Positions 27,113 to 41,717 of a stretch of DNA of 64,000 bases are shown piece by piece (position 1 is the stretch's first letter; the number at the start of each line of letters is the position of its first letter). Location of the stretch: NCBI RefSeq assembly GCF_001194135.2, contig NC_068999.1, positions 6,861,218 through 6,925,217 on the forward strand, read 5' to 3'. The notes beneath the pieces were generated by a model. That model was given only the letters and a program-made list of their open reading frames with translations, searched no databases and was not told where the DNA came from. The translations under genes were made by a program, and so were the position numbers. The DNA comes from Octopus bimaculoides (lineage: Eukaryota).

Positions 27113-28652
27113 AAATACACATGTGTAATATGTACATTTGTGCATATGCTAGTGCTAACATGCTATCTTCAAGATAGCAATGTGTTCTAGGAGATGTTTC
27201 ACTTTAATTAAATTTATTCATCTAAGTTATCCCCTTTGTAGAGTGGATTTCACTTATCATCTTAATTCAATTCATACATTTGCAGTGATTCAACTGCCAA
27301 TATTCTGAGCAGAATTGGAGTTGCAAATTGGATTTATTATACATTATACCGGAAATCTGGAAGATTCTCCCACTTTTGAAACGGTGCTCTTGTGAAAGTT
27401 TTTCTGTACTTTCAATATACAAGCATGAATTAGACATGTCTTAATACACAAAAGTGTTTTAAAAATCATTTCCTGTGGATAAGATGGGTTCCTTTAATTG
27501 GTTCAACTGATTTCATATTCAGTGTATTCTGTTATGTGATATCGTGTGATGTATAAAAAGGAAAAACATCAAAGTTACAGTGTCGGATAGACACCTCTTC
27601 TCTTCCAATAAATCACAGGAATATTGAAGTTTGGAGCTGACAGAATAATTAATACATTTCACAAAATACTTAGGTGACATTTCTCACAGCTCTTTACATT
27701 CTGAGTTCAAATCCTGCTCAGGAAAACTTTGACCCTATTGAGGTCAATAAAATTAAGTACCAAAGGTGTGGTTGTGTGGTAAGAAGCTTGCTTCCCAACC
27801 ACATGGTTCTGAGTTCAGTCCCACTGCATGGTACCATTGGTAAGTATCAACACAACTTTCTCTCACTCTTTCTTCCTGCTTTTGTCGTATCTGTATTTCA
27901 AAGTCGCCAATAAGCTTAGAAATATTACAAATACCTTCCAAAATAATTATACTGACCCCAAACGCACACGTCAACAGCACAAGTTCACTGTGGAAACACA
28001 TGGTTTGGGGTTCAGTCCTGGCATGCGGCACCTTGGATAAATGTCTTCTACTATAGCTCCAAGTCAACCAACACATTATGAGTAATCTGGTAGATGGAAA
28101 CTGTGTTGAAGCCCCATTGTATATATGATCCATGGCCCTATATGTGCCAACAGCCTGGTAGTTAAGGATCTCCTGGCATATAGGACCACATTTCAATGGG
28201 CCATGTCCATGCTCCAAAAAAAAAAAAGTAGGATGTGATTTGAGAGATATTCTGGTTCCCGTTTCTAGCACATAAAAGTGCTTTTACTGATTCACCAATG
28301 GGTTTTGTGCATTTTGTGGGCACTCGCAGATTACAAAGGATGTATGGATATGTATGCTGTGTGTGGGACAGAGAGATGGAAGGAGGAAGGCGGGGGCTGT
28401 GTCGGTGGGGGTACAGAATATGAAGCAGCTGTATTGAGCAAGGGAGAGGGGTGTTCTAAAACTATAAGCATACAAAAAAATAACAGCAACAGCGATAATA
28501 ATAATAATAATAATAATAACAAAATAAAATAAAATAAAAGGATGGACTTCCAAATCAGGAAAACGACAATTGTTTTCTGACCATTGTTTCTACAATTAGA
28601 ACGCCGGCAACACGAAGTATATTTACATAACTACTTTGCAAACAGACAAAGC

Positions 28653-28737
<85 letters not shown>

Positions 28738-31029
28738 GAGAGAGAGAGACACTTAAAGACAACAGAGAGTAAACTCCACAACACAACAAAACCAAACAAT
28801 TAACTCCTTTAACTCCAACTTGCAACTACAAGCACAAATTAACACACACACACACACACAGACACACAATCTCAGTCCAGACTTTTAATATGTTAGTCAA
28901 TATCCTCTTTCTCTGTGAGCTTCTACATGGTCACTAGAACCACAAGAAATAGCAGCCAAACCACTCTACCATGTTCTCCCACTTATGCACCTGAAAAGGA
29001 CCGTGTTGGATAATGTAGTCCCAGATACACTGTGCATATGAATATGGGGGGGAGGAGAGCATTTCTGTATGGAGAAGCATGGCTGTGAAGTAATTAAGAA
29101 GCTAGCGTTGCATGCATGTGGTTTTGGGTTGACCAATAATGCCTTACGGGTGAATTTGGTAGACGGAAACTGTGTGGAAGCCCATCACATATTACATACA
29201 TACAAGTCACATGGTTATGTGACTGACCAGACTATTGCTACCAGACTTGTTACACATCGCTGGTCACAATGCGCTTTGCATCGTTTTAGTTTTTGAATGA
29301 TGCCATTGCAATGGCGAGGCAAACAGGTCAACATTCCCCCTGAGCGACCTGGAGCAATGTGAAATGAAGTGTTTTGCTCAGTCTGGGAATTGAACCCACG
29401 ATCTAGTGATTGTGAGTGCAACAGCCTAACCACCAGTGACGTCACAACTGACGTCTACAGCTGAGCGACCTGGAGCAACATGAAATAAAGTGTTTTCATC
29501 AAGAACACAACACACAGCCCGGTCTGGGTATCGAACTCACTACCTCATGATTGCAAGCTTAATGCTCTAACCACTCTAAGTGTTAGTGGGTGGGTGCCTT
29601 TTACATGTGACCAGCACCAGCCACAACTACAATTTCACTTGACTTGATAAGTCTTCTCAAGCACAGCAAATCCTCAAAGGGCTGGCCAGTTTAAATGCTA
29701 AAATGTCAATACTACAACCCCCATCTTGATAATGACAATTAATTTACTAGAACCTCCATTTTTTTCCGTCCCCCCACCCAAATTAATTGAAACAAAAGAA
29801 ATGTGATGGATTCCATTGGAACTCGCAAGCAACTGCAAGAAGAGTGCACACAATATTTCTCTGCCTATAATAACCATGTCACCAAATCAACTCACTTTTG
29901 ATGGATAACTGAACAGTATGAGATATATATTGTCTTAAAACCCGAACCAACACAAACAGATTAATAGATTCAAAGGTAGTTATTTATTCATTTTGCATAT
30001 TTTTACATGCATACCCACCACATTCTTCTTATTACCCACCTCTCTCTCTCTATCCCTCATTTTCTCCCCCACCCTCTGTACAGATAATATAGATTTTTTT
30101 GTTTTTTTTTTGTTTATTGTCTGCATTTCCATCCAGAAAGAATAGCAAAACGTCTGACAGACTTGATGGTCTATTTACCGAGATGAAACAACAACCAGTT
30201 AAATATAAACTCAGCAAACATTTTAATTCATAAAAATCAGACATGGAACTGCTTTGAAGGTCTTGNNNNNNNNNNNNNNNNNNNNNNNNNNNNNNNNNNN
30301 NNNNNNNNNNNNNNNNNNNNNNNNNNNNNNNNNNNNNNNNNNNNNNNNNNNNNNNNNNNNNNNNNNNNNNNNNNNNNNNNNNNNNNNNNNNNNNNNNNNN
30401 NNNNNNNNNNNNNNNNNNNNNNNNNNNNNNNNNNNNNNNNNNNNNNNNNNNNNNNNNNNNNNNNNNNNNNNNNNNNNNNNNNNNNNNNNNNNNNNNNNNN
30501 NNNNNNNNNNNNNNNNNNNNNNNNNNNNNNNNNNNNNNNNNNNNNNNNNNNNNNNNNNNNNNNNNNNNNNNNNNNNNNNNNNNNNNNNNNNNNNNNNNNN
30601 NNNNNNNNNNNNNNNNNNNNNNNNNNNNNNNNNNNNNNNNNNNNNNNNNNNNNNNNNNNNNNNNNNNNNNNNNNNNNNNNNNNNNNNNNNNNNNNNNNNN
30701 NNNNNNNNNNNNNNNNNNNNNNNNNNNNNNNNNNNNNNNNNNNNNNNNNNNNNNNNNNNNNNNNNNNNNNNNNNNNNNNNNNNNNNNNNNNNNNNNNNNN
30801 NNNNNNNNNNNNNNNNNNNNNNNNNNNNNNNNNNNNNNNNNNNNNNNNNNNNNNNNNNNNNNNNNNNNNNNNNNNNNNTTATCTTATTTTACAGATTGAT
30901 AATTTTAGCCACCAGATCTGAAAAAAAAATCTCAGTTCATTTCAAGAAAGCAATATAAAAATAAAACTCTACTGATTATAATTTGGAATTCAGGAAAAAG
31001 TACAAATTATGAATGATCTTTTGCATGTA

Positions 31030-31385
31030 TGCAGGCGTGGCTGTGTGGTTAAAGTTCTGTTTCCAAATCGCATAGAACATGGTTTGGGGTTCAGTACCAC
31101 TGCATGGCAGCTTGGGAGAATCTCTTCTCCTTCTGTCATTGTCTCTGTCAGGCCAACTGAAGCCCTGTGAGTGGATTTGGTAGATGGAAACTGATAGAAG
31201 CCCGTCCGCAGGCATGGCTGTATGGTAAGAAGCTTGCTTTCCAACCACATGGTTCTGGGTTCAGTCCTACTGTGCGGCACCTTGGGCAAGTGTCTTCTAT
31301 TATAGCTTCAGGCCAACCAAAACCTTGTGAGTGGATTTGGTAGATGGAAATTGAAAGAAGTCCTCTGTGTGTGTATGTTACTGTC
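31030..31385 (+). mobile_element. Head-to-tail dimer of family B SINE heads
   Basis: Two consecutive GCAGGC(G/A)TGGCTGT..GG...GAAGCCC/GAAGTCC units. Confidence 0.8.
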
Positions 31386-33039
31386 TCCTGCTTTTGACTT
31401 TGCATGATGGTTATAAATGAACATCACCAACATGAGATCAGTGTCCTTCATTTCCAATCTTCCCCAAAAGCATGTCAGGCCACAAGGACATGTCGAACTT
31501 ACTCAGAAATAGGAGAAGATTGGCAACAAGAAGAGCATCTGGCCATAGAAAAATTCAATGCCCCAGCACACACTACCAATGTGACCAAATGCAAACTTGG
31601 GAAGCTGGAAGCACTGCATCACCTTACATCAGAGCCTAGATGTTGTGCCAATAAATTACCACCTTTTCTGAACCATGGCTCATTTCCTGCACATATGGAG
31701 GTTTAACAATGTGGATGGCATTGAAAATGGGCACAGGGAATTCTTCACCCGAAACCCAGCCAAATGGTATAAGTATGGTATTCAGCTTCTGGCACAATGA
31801 TAGTAACTAGCAGACAATAGAATATGATAGGATATGTGTTGTTGTTGGCACTCCGTCGCTTACGACGTCGAGGGTTCCAGTTGATCCGATCAACAGAACT
31901 GCCTGCTCGTGAAATTAACGTGCAAGTGGCTGAGCACTCCACAGACACGTGTACCCTTAACGTAGTTCTTGGGGATATTCAGTGTGACACAGTGTGACAA
32001 GGCTGACCCTTTGAAATACAGGTACAACAGAAACAGGAAGATAGAATGAGAGAAAGTTGTGGTGAAAGAGTACAGTAGNNNNNNNNNNNNNNNNNNNNNN
32101 NNNNNNNNNNNNNNNNNNNNNNNNNNNNNNNNNNNNNNNNNNNNNNNNNNNNNNNNNNNNNNNNNNNNNNNNNNNNNNNNNNNNNNNNNNNNNNNNNNNN
32201 NNNNNNNNNNNNNNNNNNNNNNNNNNNNNNNNNNNNNNNNNNNNNNNNNNNNNNNNNNNNNNNNNNNNNNNNNNNNNNNNNNNNNNNNNNNNNNNNNNNN
32301 NNNNNNNNNNNNNNNNNNNNNNNNNNNNNNNNNNNNNNNNNNNNNNNNNNNNNNNNNNNNNNNNNNNNNNNNNNNNNNNNNNNNNNNNNNNNNNNNNNNN
32401 NNNNNNNNNNNNNNNNNNNNNNNNNNNNNNNNNNNNNNNNNNNNNNNNNNNNNNNNNNNNNNNNNNNNNNNNNNNNNNNNNNNNNNNNNNNNNNNNNNNN
32501 NNNNNNNNNNNNNNNNNNNNNNNNNNNNNNNNNNNTATATATATATATATATATATATGTATATACACATACACACACACAAATGATATATGATAGATAT
32601 ATCATATATCAAAATGAAATTTCTGCCTTAAGTGAGTCTTTATTAGCTCCACAATATATTAATTAGATAAAGAAATTAATGTACAAATTGCATGGTGATT
32701 GCCAATCAATTGAATAAGACAAGAGCCAGGAAGTTAAGTATAAAGTTTCTGTTATTGACCAGTTCCACTTCATATAATAGCATCGGAAGGAAAGTAAGGA
32801 AAGTAGAGCAACGTCAGCTTTGTCACCAGCCTTAACAGAATCTGCTACTGCCAATAGATAATCCGATAATCCGCTCTGTGATGAACCTACAGGAGTCTCA
32901 TTTTCCTTCAATACCCTAGAGTAATGCATGGTTGTATACATTCTATCTCAATTAATAGTGGAGATTGATTCAGGTTTGTATGTTTAATCTCTGGCAGGGA
33001 AGACAAAGAATAGACTATAAATATAGTGTTGTATGGAGA

Positions 33040-33142
33040 GAGAGGTGGTAGAGACCGTGAGCGAGAGAGAGAGAGAGAGAGAGAGAGCAAAGGAGAATGG
33101 ACAAGGGAAGGAGAGAGCTTGAGCAAGAAAGCGTTAATAAGA

Positions 33143-33183
<41 letters not shown>

Positions 33184-33252
33184 AGGGAGGGCTAGAGCAA
33201 GGAAGAAAGAATAAAAGAGGGACAAAGAACTTGAGCAAAAAAGAGAGAGAGT

Positions 33253-33316
<64 letters not shown>

Positions 33317-33360
33317 TTAAGCCAAGAAAAGAGTAAGGGAGAGAGTAGAAAAGAGAGACA
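33040..33360. repeat. Compound (GA)n/(AGAT)n purine-rich microsatellite; similar tracts at 8345-8570, 26820-26915, 43550-43631
   Basis: Direct reading. Confidence 0.9.
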
Positions 33361-33936
33361 AATGAATTAACATAACAAAATAAAAATGCAACAAAAAAAA
33401 AATAATAAAATCTTGAATCGTAGAGTTAGATAATCTTCAGTTATAAGATGAGATGAAGAGGAGACAAAATGATGGAAAGTAAATTCTTTATTTTTCTGTT
33501 AAAACACCAAATCATTTTCACACAGATTGTTTGTTGACTTCTATGTCTGTCTTAACTCTAACTCCAACACTTAATACTTATACTTCCATTTGGGTAACTA
33601 TAGCAGACTAATAAATGACATACAACTATTGATTCAGCTTAATGATTAAAAGCAAGCCATGCTTTTAAAACCTAGGCTGGAGACAACTGAGCAGAGCTAA
33701 CCAATGACAAAGCTGCTACTCGGTTGCTCATCCTGTTCGAAATGGTGAGTCAAAAAGGGAATCCTTACAAGATTGCTTGAATCATAGCGTACCGTCTTCG
33801 GAAAGGAAAATATACACAGGTCAACTGTTGCTTCATACCAACCTTGAAAGAGGAGGGGGTGATTTTGGCATGATTATGATATTTAATGCATATGTCTTGC
33901 TTAATTTTGAAAATAATACTAAAATAACCGTCATTA

Positions 33937-34323
33937 TTAACCCTTTAGCATTCAGATTACTCTATCAAATAGCATGCTTATTTATTCACATTGTTGTAAG
34001 TTAACCATGTGTTATTTTGTAGCTTTGAGATTTTGATGGGGTGATTGTATATTTTTAGAATGACATTGTAGGGTAGGTGTGAGAGGCCAGATCTGGTGAG
34101 TTAGAACGTAAAACAAGTAGAATATTTTGGCCACTTATCATCATCATCATCGTTCAACGTCCGCTTTCTATGCTAGCATGGGTTGGACGGTTTGACTGAG
34201 GACTGGTGAACCAGATGGCTACACCAGGCTCCAATCTGATTTGGCAGAGTTTCTACAGCTGGATGCCCTTCCCAATGCCAACCACTCTAAGAGTGTAGGC
34301 TGGTTTAAATGCTAATGGGTTAA
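33937..34323. mobile_element. TTAA-flanked MITE (piggyBac-like) carrying a nested retroposon copy
   Basis: TTAA-CCCTTTAGCATT...AATGCTAATGGG-TTAA ends; body matches the 53822-54043 copy; family A insert at ~34136-34297. Confidence 0.75.
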
Positions 34324-34544
34324 AATGGTGCTGAAGGCAGCGAGTTGGCAGAACCGTTAGCACACTCGGAATGCTTAGTGACATTTTCATCTATCTTTAT
34401 GTTCTGAGTTCAAATTCCGCTCAGGTCAACTTTGCCTTTCATCCTTTCAGGGTTGACGAAATATGTACCAGTTAAGTACTGGGGTTGATGCAATCAACTA
34501 ATCTCCTCCACACAAATTTCAGGTATATAGTAGAATAAATTATT

Positions 34545-34800
34545 AAGCTGGTGCTTGAAACATAAATTAGCAGGAAATTTTGATGGTAGGTCTTAATTTA
34601 GATCACTTTTTGTCATTATATTGTTTCAATTAACTTTGAAAATAATGGAGGATTTAGTAAAATAACTGTCATTATTCCGTAAAATAACTTTGTAGTTATC
34701 AACATGGTGTTTGGAACATTAACATAGAATTTTGATGGAAGGTTTTAATCGAGTACACTTTAAAACAAGACATTTGTATCATAAATTCAGGGGCAGTCTC
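34545..34800 (+). repeat. Unclassified AT-rich interspersed repeat with internal duplication; copies at ~3330-3450, 24270-24460, 11170-11330(-)
   Basis: Shared TTTAGTAAAATAACTTTG..GGTGTTTG.AACATAAATT..TTTTGATGGAAGGTTTTAAT. Confidence 0.6.
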
Positions 34801-36162
34801 AGGAAGGTTAAGACAGTAGGGGGTGATTTCAGGAGTGATTTGGCTGCTATTTAAACCATGTTGAATGGCTATATACTTGTTGCTGTAGAGTTCCAAGCCA
34901 GCTCTGATCTACCAGACCTACAATCAAACAAGTTCCAAATATGACTATTCCATCTATTTTTCAGATATTGTGCATCAAGGACTATCAAATACAATGTATT
35001 CTTTTTCTTTCAGGCAGTGAGAGATGTGAATTCGAGAAATTTTGCTGCTATCTCTAGCAAGTCGGGTGACCACATGAAGGTTCTCTTGTTGACAACTAGC
35101 TTAATAATAAAGGAGTGGGGGAAAAACCGTTGCTGGTTGAATGATACACCAGATATTTACAACACACATAACAAAACAAAATCAATTATGTTGGCCTACT
35201 TAAATAAATCTAAATATTTGGTCACACAAAAAAAAAAAAATTAAATACACATTCCTCGTATTTCTGAACAGTAAATAGCTATAATTATAGAATAAAAGAT
35301 AATAATTTTGTATCCATTTCAAACCACCATTTAAATAAACTGACCACATCACTGAACATATGACGTCATCATCATCATCTGACGTCCCTTTCTTTTCAAA
35401 CTGGCATGGATTGGATAGGAACTGACATGCCAGAGGGCTGTGCTGAGTTCCACATTTTGATATGGCAGGGTTTCTGCAGCTAGATCACCTTCCTAATGTC
35501 AGCTATTTTACAGTGTGTACTGGGTGCCTTTTTTTTTTTCTTTTGTCTTGTGGCACCAACACTAGTAAGGTCGCCAAATACTTGTAAGCCAATATTCTGT
35601 GAAAACACGTCTGGCCATGGGGAAATATTACCTTGCTTGGAAACAGGTGAGGGTTGGCTACGGGAAAAGCATCTGACCATATAAACTTTGTCCAACAAAT
35701 GCAAGCATGGAAGTGGACATTGAAATAACGATGAGTTTGACAGAAACAAAAAAGGCGGCAGAAGATTAAATGTTCAAACTGTTTTGGGCCTTGACAACTT
35801 GACACTTTATCAACACTCGTTTGTTTCTCTTTCATGCTGGAGCAGCCAGCATCTTCTCTTCTTCCCCTATCATGCTTTAAACCTCTCAGTATAAAGTCAA
35901 CTCTCAATAGTACACCTCCACCCAGTTGAAGGATCTTATCTTATGAGCTACTTAGTGATCTCACTAGTGCTGGTGCCACCAAACAACAAAAAAAAAAAAA
36001 GCTCCCAGTATGTTCGGTAAAGTGGTTGGTGTTAGAAAAGGCATCCATCCACAGAAACCATGCCATCGTAAACATTGGAGCTCAATTCAGTCCTCTGGCT
36101 TATCAGATCCTGTTGAACTGTCCCAACCCATGATAGCACAGAAGATGGATGTTAAATGATTA

Positions 36163-36215
<53 letters not shown>

Positions 36216-36323
36216 TTACACACGTGTGTGTACAATTACCAAACATGAAATTAACATACAATTACCACACACACAAACACATATATATATATATATATGA
36301 ATATTTGTGTGTGTGTATGTGTG

Positions 36324-36361
<38 letters not shown>

Positions 36362-37370
36362 CTGTTATTGACAAGTACAATTATCAAGTGTTAACATTTG
36401 AGACCAGGAAGTGTGACGTCTCACTGACAGTTTTACATTTTTCTCATAAATTTTGCCAAAAAAAAAAAAAAAAAAAGATAGACAGATAGAGGATGGGGAA
36501 AAGAACAAAATACTAAAGGAATGGAGGAATTAAATTTATTCCAGCAAATAACATTAAAATAACAAACAACTAGATGTCCAAAACAAAATGAAAAAAAAGA
36601 ACGAAAAGAAGAAGAAAAAAAACAATAAATCAAAAACAAAACCTAGTTTGGAGTAGAAAGAGAGGAAAAAAGTGGGGAGGTTTAATTTTTTGTATTTAAT
36701 GAGGATTTCCCCCCGTATGTTTATGTTTCATCTGCTGCAGCAAAATAATGTAAAATGTGGTGAAAGATTTACTTAATTTGAAGGCATAGAAGACACACGG
36801 GGTATATAAGGCACACCCTGATTTCAAGAGTGCATATTCAAGTACATTAAGGTATGTAATGTAGGCCTAACTTTCTGAGCTGGCTCAATCATTTGCACAC
36901 CAAGCACAATGCTGAGCGGCATTTCGTCCGTCTTCAAGTTCTATGCTCAAATTCTACTGAAGTCAACTCTGCATTTCAACCTTTCAGGGTCAATAAAATA
37001 CATACCAGTAGAGCACTGGGGTCGATGTAATCCGTCAAATGTAAATAATGTATTTTGGAAGGTTTGCAGATTTTGGCCTTTCGTTGGTTTCAAGGATAAT
37101 CAATCATCACTTCTGGGTGAGTAAGACTTGCTAGTAAGTACCAGGCTTTTGTTAATTGCTTTAGGTGCTTATGTAGATGGTCAAAGGTGGAAGGGCTTTC
37201 ATTATAGGTTGGCTTGACCATTGGCTAACCAAGAGTTGACCAACAACAATAACATAAGAAAAAAAAAACAACTGATTGGAATATCTAGGATCCTAGGTTT
37301 GCAATTTGAAAGCTGATCTGAGACTAAATAACAAAAATACCAACATTAACAAAAAAAAAAAATGATAATG

Positions 37371-37403
<33 letters not shown>

Positions 37404-37752
37404 AAGATGAAGCTGGGCAAGTATTTTTTAGGGAAAAAAAAATGTCTTTTTAATCATTAAAAGAAGAGAAAAAAAACCTGAACCAAACTTGTTAAATATA
37501 ATAACATCATGGCGCTAAAAATTCATAAATGGTGAGAGAATAAAGAGAATAGGAAACAAAAAGAAAAAAAAATATAAAGATTAAAAAAAAATTCAATGGT
37601 CTGTTATTTGGTTATTCATAATGATCCAACATGAAGTAAATCAATAGAATAACGATACGTATATACATATATATATATACATATGTGTGTGTGTGTATAT
37701 ATGTATTCTGAGATTATTATCAGCCAAATACGACACTACAATCAGTACAATG

Positions 37753-37806
<54 letters not shown>

Positions 37807-37978
37807 ATTTAAGTAGGTGATGCATTGGTAGAAGCAAGCCAAAAACTTGCTCAGCTGCTATTCCAGGACGCAAATTGTTCTATCACTCCCACTCATGTCT
37901 TGGCAACAGTAAACCTCACACATGGCTGGCTGCTCTTCGTGTCAACAACGGCAGCAACGTCTGTGAATGACTATACAT

Positions 37979-38020
<42 letters not shown>

Positions 38021-39324
38021 TTATATTTATTTAAAGTCTGTTTTTCCATGCTAGCATGGGTTGGAAGGGAGCATTTTTGAGACAGGTTTATTTTTATGGT
38101 TGGTGCTCATCCTGTCACCAACCTTTACCTATTTTACAAGGGATTTTAATCCATAGGTCTTCAAAAGTGCAGGGGGACCAATCATGAAGTAATGTCAATA
38201 CAGAACATCATCATCGTCACCATTTAATGTCCATTGTCCATGCTGGCATCGGTTGGATGGTTTGACCAGGGCTGGTAAGCTGAGGACCGAATGCCCAGTC
38301 AGGCATGCCAAATCACCAGCATCCAAACAGCCATGCCGAATCATCTCATTCCGGGTTCCAGATAACCCCTTTATACTTTTCACACCACATATTTCCCTAA
38401 AGGATTTGATGAGCTCACTACGACTTGTAGAAAGTCCTGTTGTTTATATTTATGTTCAAACACCAGCTTGTATTCAAAATTAACTGAAACAAAGGCAGTG
38501 TATTTTAATAGAAATCATCATCATCATTTAAAGCATGTTTTCCATGCTGGCATGGGTTGGACGGTTTGACAGGAACTGGCAAGGCCAAGGGCCACATGAG
38601 GTTCGTTCCATAGCCTGTTTTTGGCTTGGTTTCTATGCCTGGATGTCCTTCTTAAAGCCAATCACTTTACAGAGTGCACTGGGTGCTTTTCACGTAGCAC
38701 CAGCACCAATGAATTTTATGTGGCACCATATCAGGCCCAAACATTCTAACCGTTTATGTTCAAACTGGCCAGATCCAGCATCTCACACCTACTCCACAAT
38801 ATCATTTTAAAAATGAATAATCACATCATCAAAATTCTCAAGACCAAAAGTTAATACATGATTAATTGAAGACAATATTAATAAACAAGCTCTACCTTTG
38901 ACAGAATAATTTGAACGGTAAAGGGTTTAGGGCGACAATATTTTGGCAAGTGATAAAGTCATCTTGAAATGTAGAAGTGGACAACATCTCTGCATCTGAA
39001 TGTGTACATAAATCACTCTACACAAGAAAGTGTATATATATCTCTAACCACAAGAACATTGGCATTAGGAAGGGCATCCAGCTGTAGAAACTCTGCCAGA
39101 TCAGATTGGAGCCTGGTGCAGCCATCTAGTTCGCTAGTCCTCAGTCAAATCGTCCAACCCATGCTAGCATGGAAAGCGGACATTAAACGATGATGAGGAT
39201 GATGATATATATATTTATACATATAGATATGGATGTGTCCATGTACATATCTGTATACACATATATGTATATCTTTCTAAAAAAAAAAAATCACATAAGT
39301 ATATCCCTCTACATATACTCCTTG

Positions 39325-39650
39325 TTTCCGTCTTTGACTGTGGCCATGCTGGAGCACCGCCTTTAGTTGAACAAATCGACCCCAGGACTTATTTTTGGTA
39401 AGCCTAGTACTTATTCTATTGGTTCTTTTGCCTAACTGCTAAATTATGGGGATGGAAACACAGACCCAAATACACATATATATACAATGGGCTTCTTTCA
39501 GTTTCCATGTACCAAATCCACTCACAAGGCTTTGGTCAACCTGAGGTTATAGTAGAAGGCACTTGCCCAAGGTGCCATGCAGTGGGACTGAACCCAGAAC
39601 CATGTGGTTGGGAAGCAAGCTTCTTACAACACAGCCACTCTTGCGCCTAT
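39325..39650 (-). mobile_element. Family B SINE, near full length
   Basis: Reverse complement match to 51792-52180. Confidence 0.82.
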
Positions 39651-40540
39651 GTATAACTCCCTAGACAGCGATGCATGTGTATCTCTCTACATACGTATAT
39701 ACTTCTACACATGAATGTACATGTATACCTGTATACACAAAAATGTGTACGTATATCTCTCTATACATAAATTCATACATATATCTGTCTATATGAATGT
39801 GTATGTTTGTATATACATAAACACACACATAAAAATGCGTGCGTATACCTCTCCATACATGAATGAATATATATATATATATATGATATATATATATATA
39901 TATATATATATCGCTATACATAAATGTCTATATATATCTCTTTACACGTGTGTGTATGTGTACATGGATGCATGTGTATGTGTGTTTGTTTTCAATGTGA
40001 CGAAGCTGTCTAAGTGCTGTTTCAATTTCAGGCCTCTGACATAACATAGCCAATTTATTTTACAGCCTTTCTTTTATTATTTTTTTTTCCTCACAGAAGA
40101 ATCAATCGATGGCATGGACCAAACATAAAACAACACAGAAAGTCTTCGAAATAGATTCGGTTCCAAACATTAATCAACCCCCCCCCCAAAAAAAAATTGC
40201 GAAGATAAAATATAAAAATTAAAACCGAAATTACACACACACATATGGAGAAAGAGAGAAAGAAAGAGAGAGAGGGGGAAGGGGGACTCGAAGCCCCTAT
40301 CAAATCTAGCTGCAGTTCGCAAGATAAAACTGAAGTGGGGTGGTGGTGGCGGCGGAGAGGGTTCAATTCCTTTGTTAGCGAAACAAAAACTGCTCTCGAA
40401 CACATATGCAGCCACGGTATTCTTTCGTGAACAGACAGTAACAACAAATGCAACAACAGCATTGCCAACACAAACACCAATTACCAGCAATCAGCACATT
40501 TTTGCGGGCGACACACACAAAGTGCACATGCATATAGATG

Positions 40541-40576
<36 letters not shown>

Positions 40577-40952
40577 GATATGTATTAGTGGTTATTTCTG
40601 TATGGTAGTAAAGTAAGGATGGTAACATTATATTATTATTATTATTATTCATAGCTGCATTTAGTTTGAAGATGTCGTAAAAATAAGACGTGACTAATTC
40701 TTTTGTGAGTTTTTGTTTCAACCAACAACGGCGAAATAAAGACCAAGCTGGAGCACCGCTTCCACCGAGTGGCTCTGTTTATAGTTAGAGTTTGCAGAGC
40801 GAATTTTTGTTGTTTCTCTGGAGAACTAAATAAATACGTATATGCGTGTTTACACACACACACAAACACATCAGACACGCGCGTGCGTATGTACGTATGT
40901 ATGTATGTTTTACGCAATACAAATGCCACAATTTTAGTGAGAGACGTAAACG

Positions 40953-40985
<33 letters not shown>

Positions 40986-41039
40986 CATACATATATGTAT
41001 ACCTAGAGCTAAAATTAACATTAAATACACACTATCACA

Positions 41040-41078
41040 TGAAAGAGAGAGAGAGAGACGTGTGTGTATAGATAGGTA

Positions 41079-41133
<55 letters not shown>

Positions 41134-41191
41134 ACAGGTGTGTATGTATATACATGTATATATATATATATATATATATCGAGAGAGAGAG

Positions 41192-41248
<57 letters not shown>

Positions 41249-41249
41249 G

Positions 41250-41287
<38 letters not shown>

Positions 41288-41290
41288 GCA
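41040..41290. repeat. Compound (GA)n/(TG)n/(TA)n array with ~55-60 bp higher-order period
   Basis: Alternating GACAGGTGTGTG..TATATA blocks; source of spurious YIYIYI ORFs. Confidence 0.85.
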
Positions 41291-41683
41291 GTAGATATAT
41301 GTATATATCTACAGCATATAAATATTTGCGTATATAGACATATCCGTATTTTTAAACGTATATCATAGACATACATGTGTGTATGCCTTATATGCGCGCG
41401 CGCGCATCCAGTGTCTATACATGCAGACACAGTGCGGTGATGATAAAAACGGGGAGAGAGAGAGAAAGCGAGGGAGTCCATCCATGCACGGCACAAATTT
41501 CCAGTGCGAAAAAAACAAACACTAATAACAACAACCACAACAACAGCACCTAAATAGAACTGACGCCCCCACACAGCAACATGGAATGCCAATTGGACAG
41601 TACAGAGATGGGTTATGTAAAAATAGAAAATTAAACATAAGCACCGCCACACAACACAGATTCGAAACTACGTTTTTAAGCGG

Positions 41684-41717
<34 letters not shown>

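Noticed and set aside
32663-32941. 92-aa minus-strand ORF with protein-like composition (ENETPVGSSQSG..)
   Set aside because: Not part of macoilin (exons 1 and 2 join without it), no recognised family and no good donor. A BLASTX would settle it.
37060-37125. Possible 46-nt plus-strand microexon containing DFG
   Set aside because: No other kinase motifs or partner exons; chance AG..GT pairing.
40846-41337. ORFs rich in [12 protein letters not shown] or poly-I/N/L
   Set aside because: Translations of (TA)n, (CA)n and (TAA)n microsatellites.
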